A DNA stretch of 64,000 nucleotides from an uncultured Bacteroidales bacterium (GCA_934725575.1 CAKVCK010000001.1:218808-282807); one strand, 5' to 3'; counted from the stretch's first letter, positions 29,033 through 39,515 are shown. Numbers and translations are program-made. The notes: generated by a model not told the origin, from the letters alone.

Positions 29033-30805
29033 TTATCTGTTAATGTCTTCATATCCCGGGTTCTGTTTGAGATGTTTGTTCTGTTCCAGAGCCTGACGGG
29101 AAATAGGGAAAATTTCATAATGTGTGTCGGAATCCTTCGGTTTGTCCCACCAAGCCTCCTGGAATCTTCCGAAACGGATCAAATCTGTCCTGCGGCGTCC
29201 TTCCTGGATGAATTCTCGTCCCCATTCGTCGAGCATCTCATCCAGATCGAGTTTTACGCTGCCCTCCGGCTGGTAGGCAATTGACGAATTGAAATCGGCA
29301 TAGTTTCTCTTCCTGACCTGGTTGAGAAGTTTTCCTGCCTCGTCTGCATTGCCGGTACGGAGAAGAGCCTCTGCCTCAGAGTAATAAATTTCAGCGTAGC
29401 GGATGAGGGTGAGGTCAGACTCGATATAGTAGCCTCCGGTGAATGAGTAGAATGGATATTTCACGCAGAAAAGACAAGAGTTGAAGTCTCCGTTACCGAG
29501 TTTTGACTCCTTTCCTGGACCTACAATGATGCCTTCTTCTCCCTTGTTCAAAAACTGACCGACCTGGTCGCGGAGATAGATTACATACTGGTTGTCAGGA
29601 TTCATCGCATAGCCGGAAGCTGTCTTCGAGTTTGGAATTTTTCCCTCAAGGAAGAACATTCCTTCGCGTGTGTTCACGCTTGTGTTCTTGTATTGTGCCC
29701 AGCGTTTGTCACCGGCATATTTCTGGAACTTCTGTGACGGCATTCCAAGGTTGTAGTCGAAGAGCTGACGAGGATTCTGATTGTCGTAGCTAGGCGACAG
29801 AGCGTATTTCGGGTTTCTCTCGCCATTGCCTTCGACACCCAGATAGTTGGCGCAGCCGTAAGGAAGGGAACGTCCGTAGAATGTTCGGCGGTCGTTCTGC
29901 ATGTGCCAGCTTTTGGTAGTGTAGGAGCCAGGGAATCCGAAGATGACTTCGTTGCAGGTTTCATTGTTCCAGTCAAACGGTTCCCACCAGTTCTCGGCAA
30001 GAGTGTATTCCCCGAATTCACCTCCACGGATTCTGCGACACCAGCTGATCACATCATCGTAGTGGGGTACACCAATCCATTTTTCAGCATTGAGGTAGAG
30101 TCTCACCAGAAGTGCTGCGGCAGCGCCTTTGGTGAAGGACCCCTGAGATGAGCCCGGGCCGGATGTCCCGACCTTTGCAGGAAGGTCGTTTACACCAGTT
30201 TTGAGCTCTGATTCAATGAATTCGAACATCCTTTCCGGTGACACCTGCACCCTGTTTTCAGGAAGATTGTTTACGGATGCATCGGATGTCGTGGTGAGAA
30301 TGCAGTTCCTGTAGCAGTTGAGAAGCCTCAGGTAGAGATAGGCCCTCATCGTGCGGAGCTGTCCTTTGAACGCATCGAATTCAGCTTCCGTAAGAGAAAA
30401 CTTTGACGGATTGAGCCTTGAGAGGTCGTCAAGTACGAGATTGCACTGTCCGATGCCGGTGTAGCAGGCGTTCCACTCCCCGGTCCAGCTCCAACTGTCT
30501 TCAATGCTGCTCCAGTTGTGGCGGTGGAGTATCTCCCATTTTCCTCCGTCATACCACCATGTGCCTCTTGTCGGGGTAATGAAATGGTCCCCGGTCAGTT
30601 CCTCGTGCTCGTAGAAGTCATACTCGCTGCAATAGACGTGCTCAAATGGGCGGAATACAGCTTGTATGATGTCGGCCTTCGTGTTATAGTAGTTGTTGGT
30701 CATCACCTGATCATAGACCGTCTCGTTGAGGTCCGTGCAGGCTGCTGCTCCGATAATTACGGCTGCAATAGCCGAAAATCTTATGATATTTTCCATTTTT
30801 CTCAT
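29033..30805 (-). CDS. susD: SusD/RagB-family nutrient-binding outer-membrane lipoprotein
   Basis: 590 aa. N-terminal lipoprotein signal (…IGAAAC), TPR-like SusD architecture, size, and position immediately downstream of SusC. The start could be the internal Met at 30796. Confidence 0.9.
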   Translation of the reverse strand: MRKMENIIRFSAIAAVIIGAAACTDLNETVYDQVMTNNYYNTKADIIQAVFRPFEHVYCSEYDFYEHEELTGDHFITPTRGTWWYDGGKWEILHRHNWSSIEDSWSWTGEWNACYTGIGQCNLVLDDLSRLNPSKFSLTEAEFDAFKGQLRTMRAYLYLRLLNCYRNCILTTTSDASVNNLPENRVQVSPERMFEFIESELKTGVNDLPAKVGTSGPGSSQGSFTKGAAAALLVRLYLNAEKWIGVPHYDDVISWCRRIRGGEFGEYTLAENWWEPFDWNNETCNEVIFGFPGSYTTKSWHMQNDRRTFYGRSLPYGCANYLGVEGNGERNPKYALSPSYDNQNPRQLFDYNLGMPSQKFQKYAGDKRWAQYKNTSVNTREGMFFLEGKIPNSKTASGYAMNPDNQYVIYLRDQVGQFLNKGEEGIIVGPGKESKLGNGDFNSCLFCVKYPFYSFTGGYYIESDLTLIRYAEIYYSEAEALLRTGNADEAGKLLNQVRKRNYADFNSSIAYQPEGSVKLDLDEMLDEWGREFIQEGRRRTDLIRFGRFQEAWWDKPKDSDTHYEIFPISRQALEQNKHLKQNPGYEDINR

Positions 30806-30809
30806 AATT

Positions 30810-33779
30810 TTAGAAGCCTATCTGGACTCCGAATATAAACTGGAATGCCGAAGGATAGTAGTTGTACGAACCTCCGAAAGTTCCCGGGGTGAGACCGTTA
30901 ACCTCGTAAGTTGAAGGATCCACGCCCTCGAAGCGGGTTAAGGTATAGAGATTTCTTGCAGTACCGAAAACTCTGAAACGGTCAATGAATTTGCGGTTCA
31001 GGTTGAGAGAGTATCCCAATGTGACATAGTCGAGCTTGAGATAGTCGCCTTTCTCGATGAAATAGTCGGTGATGACATTCAGACCGGTCTTGATGTGGGC
31101 ATTCTTCGAATAAGCCTTTGTGAGGACATTTCCGGTCATTCCCTGAAGTCCGAAATAGAAGTCATGGACATTGAAAATGTCGAATCCTGCCGCTCCGGTG
31201 AATGCGACTGCAAGGTCAAAGTTGCGCCATGTGAAATTGTGGGTCATACTGCCTGTGAACTTCGGCAGACCGTTTCCTGTCACGCACTTGTCTTCCTCAG
31301 AACCTTCCGCAATAGGAATTATATTGTCGTTGTGGTCGTATATGAGCCAGTTTCCTGACTTGTCCACTCCGGCATATCTCCAAGTGTAGTAGTTTCCGAT
31401 GCGCTGTCCCTCCTCGATTCTCTGGAGGTATCCAGGGTTGTTCGGATTGGACATCGTGCAGACATTATAGTATTTCTGTCCCTGATATATGTCATTGGAG
31501 AAACTTACGAAGCGGTTGTCGTTGGTGGCTCCGACGAGAGAGATGCTCCAGTTGAATTTTTCCTTTCTTATAGCATCAATGTTGATGTCGAACTCGAATC
31601 CGCTGTTGCGGAGTGTTCCGACATTGGTGAATATCGTCGTGAAAAGGTGTGGTGGAACTGAAACATTGTAATCGCCCAACAGGTCTGACTGCCTGCGGAT
31701 GAAGTAGTTCAATGAACCGCTGAGCCTGTGCTTGAAGAGGGAGAAATCCACACCGATATTCTGGTTGTGTCCCTTTTCCCAGCGAAGTTCCGTGTTCACG
31801 TTCTTGGACGGTCCCCATACGTGGAAGCTTGATCCGTTGTATTGGTAATATCCGAATGCGCGGTATGTAGCGAGTGAATTGTAGCTGCCGAAGTCCTGGT
31901 TTCCTGTGACACCATAGTCATACCTGAACTTCAGGTCGTTGAGCCAAGATGAAGCCCAGGACATAAACGGCTCGTCAGAAATTCTCCATCCCACTGAAAC
32001 GGCAGGGAAATTGCCCCATTTGTGATTCTGTCCGAACTTTGAAGAACCCTCGTGACGAAGTGAGACGGACAGGAGATAACGCTCTTTCCAGTCATAATTC
32101 AATCGTCCGTAGAATGATATGAGTTTGCTGTCGTTCTTGTATGAGCCGAGGCAAATCTGTCCTTCCTTGGATGCCCATTCGCCTGCTCCTAGGTTGTTGT
32201 AGCCAAGTCCGTCGGAAGTGAAATCCTGGTTGCTTGCGGACATTCCGGAATTGACGACATAGAAATAACTGTATCCGACCATTGCTCTGAGACGATGGCC
32301 TCCGAACTGTGCGCTGAAATTTGTCACCCAATCGAAATTGGTCTGGGAACTTTTGTCAAACGACCTTGATGCATCACCCTTGATCTTGTCATTCTGATGC
32401 CATGAAATTGTAGAAGGAGCGAAATATCCGTTGAATTTGTCCACCTCATATCCGGAAACAGTGGCCTTTGACGTGAGGCTGAAATCCGGATGTGTCGGAG
32501 TAAAGAGCGGAAGGAGGTTCATCTGTACGCCGGCATTCCACTCAAGAAGTTTTATTTCCGTGTCGTTCTTGACCTGCGTCATGGATTCGACCACGTTGGA
32601 ATAGTTTGAGCCTGCCGGGAAATGGTAGTATCCGTTGGAGGTCGTTTCGTCATATATAGGGGCCGTCGGGTTTATGACCAGGACATTAGAATATGAACCT
32701 GTCATCTTGTTGCGTTTGATGATTCTCGGAGTCAGATTGGCCGTAAAAGTGAAGAGACCGCTTTTCGTTGTGTGGTTCACACCGGCTCTTGCTCCGTACT
32801 CGCGTCTGTCAGAACTCAGGTCAATGCCTCGTGCATACCGGTAGTCGGCTGTCACACGGTAGTTGGTCTTCGCGTTGCCTCCAGAGACCGTAAGAGTGTG
32901 CAAGTGATTGAATCCCAATCTTGTAGTGGCTTTGAACCAGTCAGAACTTGCGCCGAGGTCGTCGAGAGGATTATTTACAGTCCTGTACGCTCTGTACTGC
33001 TCGGCAGTCATCATGTCCAGTTCATTCTTCGGGGCGTTCAGAGTCACGGTTCCGCTATAGGTCGTGTGGATGTTTCCGTCCTTGCTTCCCTTTTTGAGAT
33101 TGACGAGGATGACGCCATTACTTCCGCGCGTTCCGTAGATTGCGGATGCCGCACCGTCCTTGAGGACATCGATAGATTCGATATCCGCAGGGTTGATGTT
33201 GGTCAGGTCTCCTCCCGGAACACCGTCAACGACTACGAAAGGACCATTGCCCGCGCTTCGTGACGACACACCGCGAATCTGGATGCTTCCTATGTTGTTA
33301 GGATCTGCAACCGCCGTGTTGGAGACGCTCACTCCGGAAACTTTTCCCTGGATGAGCATTGATGCGTCAAGGCTGCTGACCGAACTGAAGTCCTTTGCGC
33401 CGATGTGGGAGATGGCGGAGGTCATTTCCTTCCTTTTCATGGAGCCGTAACCGACGACCACAACCTCATCAAGTGCGGTTGCTTCCGTTTCGAGAACAAT
33501 CCTCAAATCACCGCCGCTGACATAAACTTTCTTCGATTTGAATCCTATTGAGGAAATGTTCAGAGTAGCTCCCTTGGGAGCATTGATTTCAAATGTTCCG
33601 TCAATGTCAGTGACAACTCCTGTCTGAGTTCCGTCAATGACGACACCGGCCTGAATTACCGGTTCTCCATTGGAGTCCACAACCACTCCTTTCACTGAAG
33701 CGACCTGAGCAAAGGCTGAAATCGCAGAGAAAAATGTGGTAAGGACAATGATAACCGGCAAAAGTTTTTTCTTATCCAT
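30810..33779 (-). CDS. susC: SusC/RagA-family TonB-dependent outer-membrane transporter
   Basis: 989 aa. Signal peptide, carboxypeptidase-regulatory-like N-terminal domain (VKGVVVDSNGEPV...), TonB box / plug (DEVVVVGYGS), C-terminal aromatic QIGF. Confidence 0.95.
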   Translation of the reverse strand: MDKKKLLPVIIVLTTFFSAISAFAQVASVKGVVVDSNGEPVIQAGVVIDGTQTGVVTDIDGTFEINAPKGATLNISSIGFKSKKVYVSGGDLRIVLETEATALDEVVVVGYGSMKRKEMTSAISHIGAKDFSSVSSLDASMLIQGKVSGVSVSNTAVADPNNIGSIQIRGVSSRSAGNGPFVVVDGVPGGDLTNINPADIESIDVLKDGAASAIYGTRGSNGVILVNLKKGSKDGNIHTTYSGTVTLNAPKNELDMMTAEQYRAYRTVNNPLDDLGASSDWFKATTRLGFNHLHTLTVSGGNAKTNYRVTADYRYARGIDLSSDRREYGARAGVNHTTKSGLFTFTANLTPRIIKRNKMTGSYSNVLVINPTAPIYDETTSNGYYHFPAGSNYSNVVESMTQVKNDTEIKLLEWNAGVQMNLLPLFTPTHPDFSLTSKATVSGYEVDKFNGYFAPSTISWHQNDKIKGDASRSFDKSSQTNFDWVTNFSAQFGGHRLRAMVGYSYFYVVNSGMSASNQDFTSDGLGYNNLGAGEWASKEGQICLGSYKNDSKLISFYGRLNYDWKERYLLSVSLRHEGSSKFGQNHKWGNFPAVSVGWRISDEPFMSWASSWLNDLKFRYDYGVTGNQDFGSYNSLATYRAFGYYQYNGSSFHVWGPSKNVNTELRWEKGHNQNIGVDFSLFKHRLSGSLNYFIRRQSDLLGDYNVSVPPHLFTTIFTNVGTLRNSGFEFDINIDAIRKEKFNWSISLVGATNDNRFVSFSNDIYQGQKYYNVCTMSNPNNPGYLQRIEEGQRIGNYYTWRYAGVDKSGNWLIYDHNDNIIPIAEGSEEDKCVTGNGLPKFTGSMTHNFTWRNFDLAVAFTGAAGFDIFNVHDFYFGLQGMTGNVLTKAYSKNAHIKTGLNVITDYFIEKGDYLKLDYVTLGYSLNLNRKFIDRFRVFGTARNLYTLTRFEGVDPSTYEVNGLTPGTFGGSYNYYPSAFQFIFGVQIGF

Positions 33780-33814
33780 TTTATCGATATTATTAGTTTT
33801 TAGTTAAGGTTTGC

Positions 33815-34942
33815 TTACCTTCTACCACGTTCGGACAGGGCATTGATGAGCTTTTCCGGAGCGTCGGTCATTATCATCTTCACGTCAGGGAATACAGAAA
33901 TGAGCTCGTCAAGCTGGGCTCCGTCCACATCATACTCAGGAATCTTGTTGTTGAGGACGCTGAGCATACATACGGAGCAGAGCATGCCGTCGCGAACGGC
34001 AGTGCCGATGGAGGTGCTGCCTGAAGAAGGCGAGTAGCTGTACTGAACGAAATAAGGTCCTTCAAGTCCCTTGAGTGGCTCGTAGGCCGTTGCCCATGTG
34101 TAGGCGTGTGCACGGGGAGAGATTGCGAGAACCTCCTTGCATTTTTCCGCTGAATTGCAGTAGAACCAAACCTGTTCCATCATACCGAGTTTTTCCACGA
34201 CAGCCATCACCTCTGCAGTTGACGCCGTTCTTGGGGAATAGTCGAGATCCACATAAATTTTTCCGCGGCAGGCCTTGAGGAACTCTTCGAGGGTAGGCAT
34301 GGTCTCGTTTGTGACATTACCGTTACGGTCAAGCAGCTTGTAGGATTTGATTTCCGCAAGCGTCAGGGACGGTATGTCTCCGGTTCCATTGGTTGTCCTG
34401 TTGATTGAAAGGTCGTGGCAAATCACAATCTGACCATCCTTTGTACGTTGGGTGTCGCATTCGAGAGCTTCTGCCCCAGATGCTATGGCAGCCTTTACCG
34501 CAGGAATTGAATTCTCAGGAATTGACTTGTCAGTGGTATGTGCCCTGTGGGTCAATACCCAGATTTTCTTGCAGGAAGGGTCCCTGAAATTCCGTTGTGC
34601 GGAAGACAAGGCTTCCAGAGGATAACAACGTATTGTTTTGCTGAAGTCTTCGTCCAAAGCCTCAGACGATACGTTTATCTTCCAGTCTGCACTTTCTGAA
34701 TAGGCGTGAACTGCTGCGGAAGGAGTTACAGCCTCCACTGTGGTGCCGTCACCGAAATCGACGGTGAAACTCGTGCCTGAGCCGACACCTTTAAGGTACA
34801 CATTTACGTTTTCCTTAAGCATTACACGTGTCGGAGCCGACACGGAAGGATTGACAGGGATTTCATTACTTGGTGAACATCCCGCGATGAGAAAGGCGAC
34901 GAGCGCCGCGACTGCTGTTTGCATTACTTTCGTGAATGACAT
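33815..34942 (-). CDS. Lipoprotein with an N-terminal Ig/PKD-like domain and a glycerophosphodiester phosphodiesterase (GDPD/GP-PDE) family domain
   Basis: Lipobox LIAGCS. GP-PDE catalytic motifs (IWVLTHRAHT, ENSIPAVKAAIASGAEALECDTQRTKDGQIVICHD). Lies 35 bp upstream of susC on the same strand. Confidence 0.8.
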   Translation of the reverse strand: MSFTKVMQTAVAALVAFLIAGCSPSNEIPVNPSVSAPTRVMLKENVNVYLKGVGSGTSFTVDFGDGTTVEAVTPSAAVHAYSESADWKINVSSEALDEDFSKTIRCYPLEALSSAQRNFRDPSCKKIWVLTHRAHTTDKSIPENSIPAVKAAIASGAEALECDTQRTKDGQIVICHDLSINRTTNGTGDIPSLTLAEIKSYKLLDRNGNVTNETMPTLEEFLKACRGKIYVDLDYSPRTASTAEVMAVVEKLGMMEQVWFYCNSAEKCKEVLAISPRAHAYTWATAYEPLKGLEGPYFVQYSYSPSSGSTSIGTAVRDGMLCSVCMLSVLNNKIPEYDVDGAQLDELISVFPDVKMIMTDAPEKLINALSERGRR

Positions 34943-35176
34943 GGTTTATTAGCTTTTTTCTTGTTGGAAACTCCGGATTATCCGGCTTGTCCCATAATTG
35001 TGCACGCCGCAAAGGTATAAACTAAATCGATATATTATAGCACATTTTCCGCCGCAATTCCTGCAAAGGAAATACAGGTAGGTATAGAGAAATGTTATTT
35101 TATTGAATATCAAAACATTCCCCGATTCGAACAAGTCGAACCAGGGAAATGTATTTTTGTCATTTTTTAGCGATAT

Positions 35177-36736
35177 TTACAGCTCTCTGAGCATTTTTTC
35201 GAACTTTTCTTTCGGAATGGCGAGCTTCGGGTTTATACCGGATCGTTTGTTATAAACAGTCTTTATGGAGTAGTGCAGAAGTTCAGAAATCCTTGCGCTT
35301 TCTGTTACCCCGAGCTTTATCATTGCGAATATCCTCAACTCCGTATTCAGTTTCTCGCGATCCTTGAGAACAATGTGGCACTCCGGTTTCAAAAGGGAGT
35401 TGAAATCTTCCACAAAAGTCGGAAATACATCGAGAAATGCTGAATCGAAACTGTCGTACATATGCCTGAGTTCTTCGTTTGTTATGTCGCGGGACGGATT
35501 AGTAAGCTCGATTACATAGTCGGTGTCGCCACGTCTGAGGCTGGTGTTTATGCGACCGCGGAAAGCGAGGAGCCGGTTGATGTAGGAGGAATAGAGCTGG
35601 AAGAAACTGGCTATGTAACCGTTGGAAATGCGATTGGAACGCTCCAGCCGGAGAGTAAGAATTCTGCCCTTCCGTATGAGTGCAACCGTATAGCATAAGA
35701 CTGCGGCAAGAAGCATTGCAAGGGCAGAAAGGAGCAGCAGACTCAGCGTAAGTTGCCTTTTTTGCTTCAAAATCTGCTGGCGCAGCAGCCTGTCCGTCTC
35801 CACAATTACGTCCATTCCCAAAATTCTTCGTGTCCTGGAGCGGAACTTGAGCATCGAAGAGTAGGAATAGTCGGAAAACTTGTCAAGAATCCTGGCATCC
35901 ACGGAGTTTCGCAGCATATATGCGATTCTGGTGAATGCGGCGACATCCTGATTGGAGTTTTCCAGGTCAATGATGGCCGCCCTCAAAAGACAATACAGGC
36001 GTTCCTCATCATGCCCGCCCATTTTCTCATATATCAGATTCCTTTCGTAGAAGACGAACGACTCGGCTATTGAGCCTTTCGTTGCGAGTTCCATTCTTTT
36101 GAGGTTGCACTGCATTGCATTGTCATAGTCATTGAGCATCAGATCCTTCTTTTCCCGGGAGCGCAGTCCGTATTCAGAATTCTCCGGTGCGTAAAAAATG
36201 ACCGAATCCATATATGATCGGTACTTCCCCTCGTACATGTCCTGAAATTCGAGTCGTGAACCGTCAACGTGGAAAAGCTCATAACAAAGAAACTCCTGAG
36301 CTTCGAAATATTCGAAAAGGAGTGTCTTGGGGATGGATTTCCTGTCTATGGATTCGATTATGTCGCTGCTTTCCTTATAGTATCCGAGAGTTGTCAAAAT
36401 TCGTGAGATACGGACAGCCGTCTTGACCGCCATATAATTGTCGGATGCGTCAGATGCCAATTGTTTAACATGCTCAAGGGTTGCGATAGTGGAGTCGGAA
36501 TCGAAGTAGCTGTAATCGTATGCCACATCCAGCCACGCTTCCATCTGTTCGCGTCCCTCAAGCTTTTCGCACGCATCCTTCTTCATCCTGATTTCCGCTA
36601 ATTTACGGTTCTCATAGACCTCCAGACTGTCGAACTTATTGACAATCTCATTCAGCAAGGTCTGGTTATCCGGTGAAAGAGGCTTGACCGCCGAACTGAC
36701 GGTCAACAAAGAAATCAAAAGGGTGATGATTGTCAT
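35177..36736 (-). CDS. Membrane-anchored putative transcriptional regulator (DUF6377-like): periplasmic TPR-like sensor, one TM helix, cytoplasmic C-terminal HTH
   Basis: 519 aa. N-terminal signal/anchor, ~330-aa extracytoplasmic helical domain, TM LTLSLLLLSALAMLLAAVLCYTVALI. The C-terminal RIFAMIKLGVTESARISELLHYSIKTVYNKRSG resembles a LuxR-type HTH. It is next to the locus and on the same strand. Confidence 0.55.
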   Translation of the reverse strand: MTIITLLISLLTVSSAVKPLSPDNQTLLNEIVNKFDSLEVYENRKLAEIRMKKDACEKLEGREQMEAWLDVAYDYSYFDSDSTIATLEHVKQLASDASDNYMAVKTAVRISRILTTLGYYKESSDIIESIDRKSIPKTLLFEYFEAQEFLCYELFHVDGSRLEFQDMYEGKYRSYMDSVIFYAPENSEYGLRSREKKDLMLNDYDNAMQCNLKRMELATKGSIAESFVFYERNLIYEKMGGHDEERLYCLLRAAIIDLENSNQDVAAFTRIAYMLRNSVDARILDKFSDYSYSSMLKFRSRTRRILGMDVIVETDRLLRQQILKQKRQLTLSLLLLSALAMLLAAVLCYTVALIRKGRILTLRLERSNRISNGYIASFFQLYSSYINRLLAFRGRINTSLRRGDTDYVIELTNPSRDITNEELRHMYDSFDSAFLDVFPTFVEDFNSLLKPECHIVLKDREKLNTELRIFAMIKLGVTESARISELLHYSIKTVYNKRSGINPKLAIPKEKFEKMLREL

Positions 36737-37016
36737 TCTGCTTCACGTCCTCCTCCGACTGCCTGTTTTCCTATGTCCAATGCCATATCTGCTTATCTGT
36801 TTATAGTCCGATATGCAAAAATAAATAAAACATTCAAAAGAGGAGGGATTTTGTATATAGGAAACTATGAACGCACTTGAAAAAGTCATCGTTGGGTGTC
36901 CTGAATGAAACTGGAAGTCTCATCATGAGACATCAATGGTCAAGCCGATGTGTGAATGAGGTCTTAGTCCATTTGGTACACACTAAGGCCTTCTGCTGTA
37001 CGTTTTCTGTCACATA

Positions 37017-37049
37017 AAAAGAGGATGACCGGAAAGGTCACCCTCTTTT
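37017..37049 (-). terminator. Putative rho-independent terminator downstream of pnp
   Basis: Imperfect 10-bp stem gagg(a)tgacc / ggtca(c)cctc with a ggaaa loop, flanked by A4 and T4 runs. Weak U-tract. Confidence 0.45.
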
Positions 37050-37091
37050 CATATTCAGTTGTCACCTCATTTGGTAGAGGCGGCATATTCA

Positions 37092-39515
37092 TTAAAAGAA
37101 TTCCTCTGTGTTCTTGTCGAGGTTGTCGGAGTGGTCTTCGGTGTTGGCGTTGAAGTCGTTCTTCGGGCCGAAGTTCCTGTGGCCGCCGTTTCTGCGGTCA
37201 TCGCCGTTCCTGCGGTCTCCACCACGGTCGTAGCCGCGGCGGTCATCGCCGTTTCTGCGGTCGAAGCCTCCGTTCCTGCGGTCACCGTTGCGACGGTCGT
37301 CTCCGCCATTCCTGCGGTCAAAGCCGTTCCTGCGGTCACCGCCACGGTCGTTGCCTCCGCGTGGGCGACGCTCTGGCTCAACATAGCCTTCCGGCTTAGG
37401 AGTGAGGGCGCGCATAGAGAGTCTCATCTTGCCTGTCTTGGCATCGATCTCAAGGAGCTTCACGTCAACCTCCTGGCCGACAGTAAGTACGTCCTCGACA
37501 TTATCGGTCTTGTTCCAAGCGATCTCGGACACGTGGAGAAGGCCTTCCTTGCCAGGGAGGATCTCGACGAAAGCACCGAACTCAAGGATTGAGACAACCT
37601 TTCCGTGGTAGGTCTGGCCGACCTCCGGAACAGCGCAGATGCTCTGGATCCAGTCGTAAGCCTTCTGCATAGCGGCGGCATCGTTTGTGGCGATGTCAAC
37701 GACTCCCTTGCCGTCGATCTCGTCGATGGAGATGACAGCTCCGGTCTCGGCCTGGATCTTCTGGATGGTCTCACCACCCTTGCCGATGACAGCGCCGATG
37801 AATTCCTTGTCGATCTCGAAGGACTTGATTCTCGGAACGAACGGCTTGTAGTCCTCACGAGGCTTGTCGAGGCACTTCATCATCTCGCCCATAATGTGCA
37901 TTCTGCCTTCGTGGGCCTGCTGGAGAGCCTTTGCGAGAACCTCGTAGGAAAGACCGTCAACCTTGATGTCCATCTGGGTGGCGGTGATACCATCCTTGGT
38001 ACCGGCAACCTTGAAGTCCATATCACCGAGGTGATCCTCGTCGCCGAGGATGTCGGTGAGGATGGCGTAGCGGCCATTAGGGTTCTTCTCGTCAGTGATA
38101 AGTCCCATAGCCACTCCGGCAACAGGCTTGCTGATCTGAACGCCGGCGTCCATAAGTGCGAGGCAGCCGCCGCAGATCGAAGCCTGTGATGACGAGCCGT
38201 TTGACTCAAGAATATCAGAGACAACGCGTACAGCGTAAGGGAACTCCGGAGCCTTTGGCATAACGGCTTTAAGAGCCCTGAATGCCAGGTTTCCGTGACC
38301 TACCTCACGACGGCCAACACCTCTCTGGGCCTTGGCCTCTCCGGTGGCGAACGGAGGGAAGTTATAGTGGAGGACAAACTGCTGGGTCTCCTGTACGAGA
38401 ACCTCGTCCATCTCCTTCATATCCATCTTTGTTCCGAGGGTGACGGAGGCAAGGGCCTGTGTCTCACCACGGGTGAATATAGCCGAGCCGTGAGCGCAAG
38501 GCAGACAGTCAACCTCGCACCAGATAGGACGTACCTGGGTGGTCTGACGGCCGTCAACGCGAAGACCCTCATCGAGGACAAGATTCCTCAAGGCCTCTCT
38601 CTGCTCGTGGCCGAAGTATCTGTTGATCATCATCTTCTTGGCATCCTGCTCCTCTTCAGTCAGACCAAGAGACTCGACGCACTCCTTCTTGATGGCCTCG
38701 AAACCGTCCTCTCTCTCGTGCTTCGGCCTCGCGGACTTGGCGAGAGCGTAGCACTTGTCGTAGGCGAAATCGTGGATCTTCTTCTTGAGATCCTCGTCCT
38801 CCTCATCGTGAGGATAGTCTCTCTTGACATCCTTGCCGAGTTCCTTGTTGAGCTCTTTCTGGATGCGGCAGTGCTTCTTGATCTCCTCGTGGGCGAACTT
38901 GATGGACTCAAGCATAACCTCCTCGGAAACCTCCTTCATCTCACCCTCGACCATCATAATGTTCTCCTCGGTGGCTGCGACCATAAGCTCAAGGTCGGCC
39001 TTCTCCATCTCGCTGAAGTTAGGGTTGATCTTGAACTCTCCGTCGATTCTTGCCACACGTACCTCAGAGATCGGTCCGAGGAATGGAATATCGCTGGCTG
39101 CCAGAGCCGCTGAAGCCGCGAGCCCTGCGAGAGCGTCCGGCTGGATGTCCTTCTCGGCTGAGATCAGCCAGATGTTGACGAACACAGCGAGGTGGAAATC
39201 CTCTGGGAACAAAGGTCTTAAAGCCCTGTCGACAAGGCGAGAGATAAGGATTTCGTAGTCAGAGGCCTTGCCCTCTCTCTTCATAAATCCGCCCGGGAAA
39301 CGTCCCGCTGAATAGAATTTTTCCTTGTAGTCCACCTGGAGTGGAAGGAAGTCTGTGTCTTCTGCCGCTTCTTTAGCGCAGGTCACTGTGGCCAGGAGCA
39401 TCGTGCCTCCCATCTTGACCACTGCCGAACCGTCTGCCTGCTTGGCAACTTTGCCGGTTTCGATCTCGATCACCCGACCGTCGGATAATTCGATCTTCTT
39501 TGTGATGATGTTCAT
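37092..39515 (-). CDS. pnp: Polyribonucleotide nucleotidyltransferase (PNPase) with a ~90-aa Arg/Gly/Asp-rich C-terminal extension
   Basis: Start at [15 protein letters not shown]. Two RNase PH domains, KH ([10 protein letters not shown]) and S1, then the tail ...[92 protein letters not shown]. Confidence 0.95.
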   Translation of the reverse strand: MNIITKKIELSDGRVIEIETGKVAKQADGSAVVKMGGTMLLATVTCAKEAAEDTDFLPLQVDYKEKFYSAGRFPGGFMKREGKASDYEILISRLVDRALRPLFPEDFHLAVFVNIWLISAEKDIQPDALAGLAASAALAASDIPFLGPISEVRVARIDGEFKINPNFSEMEKADLELMVAATEENIMMVEGEMKEVSEEVMLESIKFAHEEIKKHCRIQKELNKELGKDVKRDYPHDEEDEDLKKKIHDFAYDKCYALAKSARPKHEREDGFEAIKKECVESLGLTEEEQDAKKMMINRYFGHEQREALRNLVLDEGLRVDGRQTTQVRPIWCEVDCLPCAHGSAIFTRGETQALASVTLGTKMDMKEMDEVLVQETQQFVLHYNFPPFATGEAKAQRGVGRREVGHGNLAFRALKAVMPKAPEFPYAVRVVSDILESNGSSSQASICGGCLALMDAGVQISKPVAGVAMGLITDEKNPNGRYAILTDILGDEDHLGDMDFKVAGTKDGITATQMDIKVDGLSYEVLAKALQQAHEGRMHIMGEMMKCLDKPREDYKPFVPRIKSFEIDKEFIGAVIGKGGETIQKIQAETGAVISIDEIDGKGVVDIATNDAAAMQKAYDWIQSICAVPEVGQTYHGKVVSILEFGAFVEILPGKEGLLHVSEIAWNKTDNVEDVLTVGQEVDVKLLEIDAKTGKMRLSMRALTPKPEGYVEPERRPRGGNDRGGDRRNGFDRRNGGDDRRNGDRRNGGFDRRNGDDRRGYDRGGDRRNGDDRRNGGHRNFGPKNDFNANTEDHSDNLDKNTEEFF

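Noticed and set aside
35100-35176. A ttcgaac / gtcgaacc motif resembling a tRNA T-arm
   Set aside because: No acceptor, D or anticodon stems can be built around it. It is an AT-rich promoter spacer.
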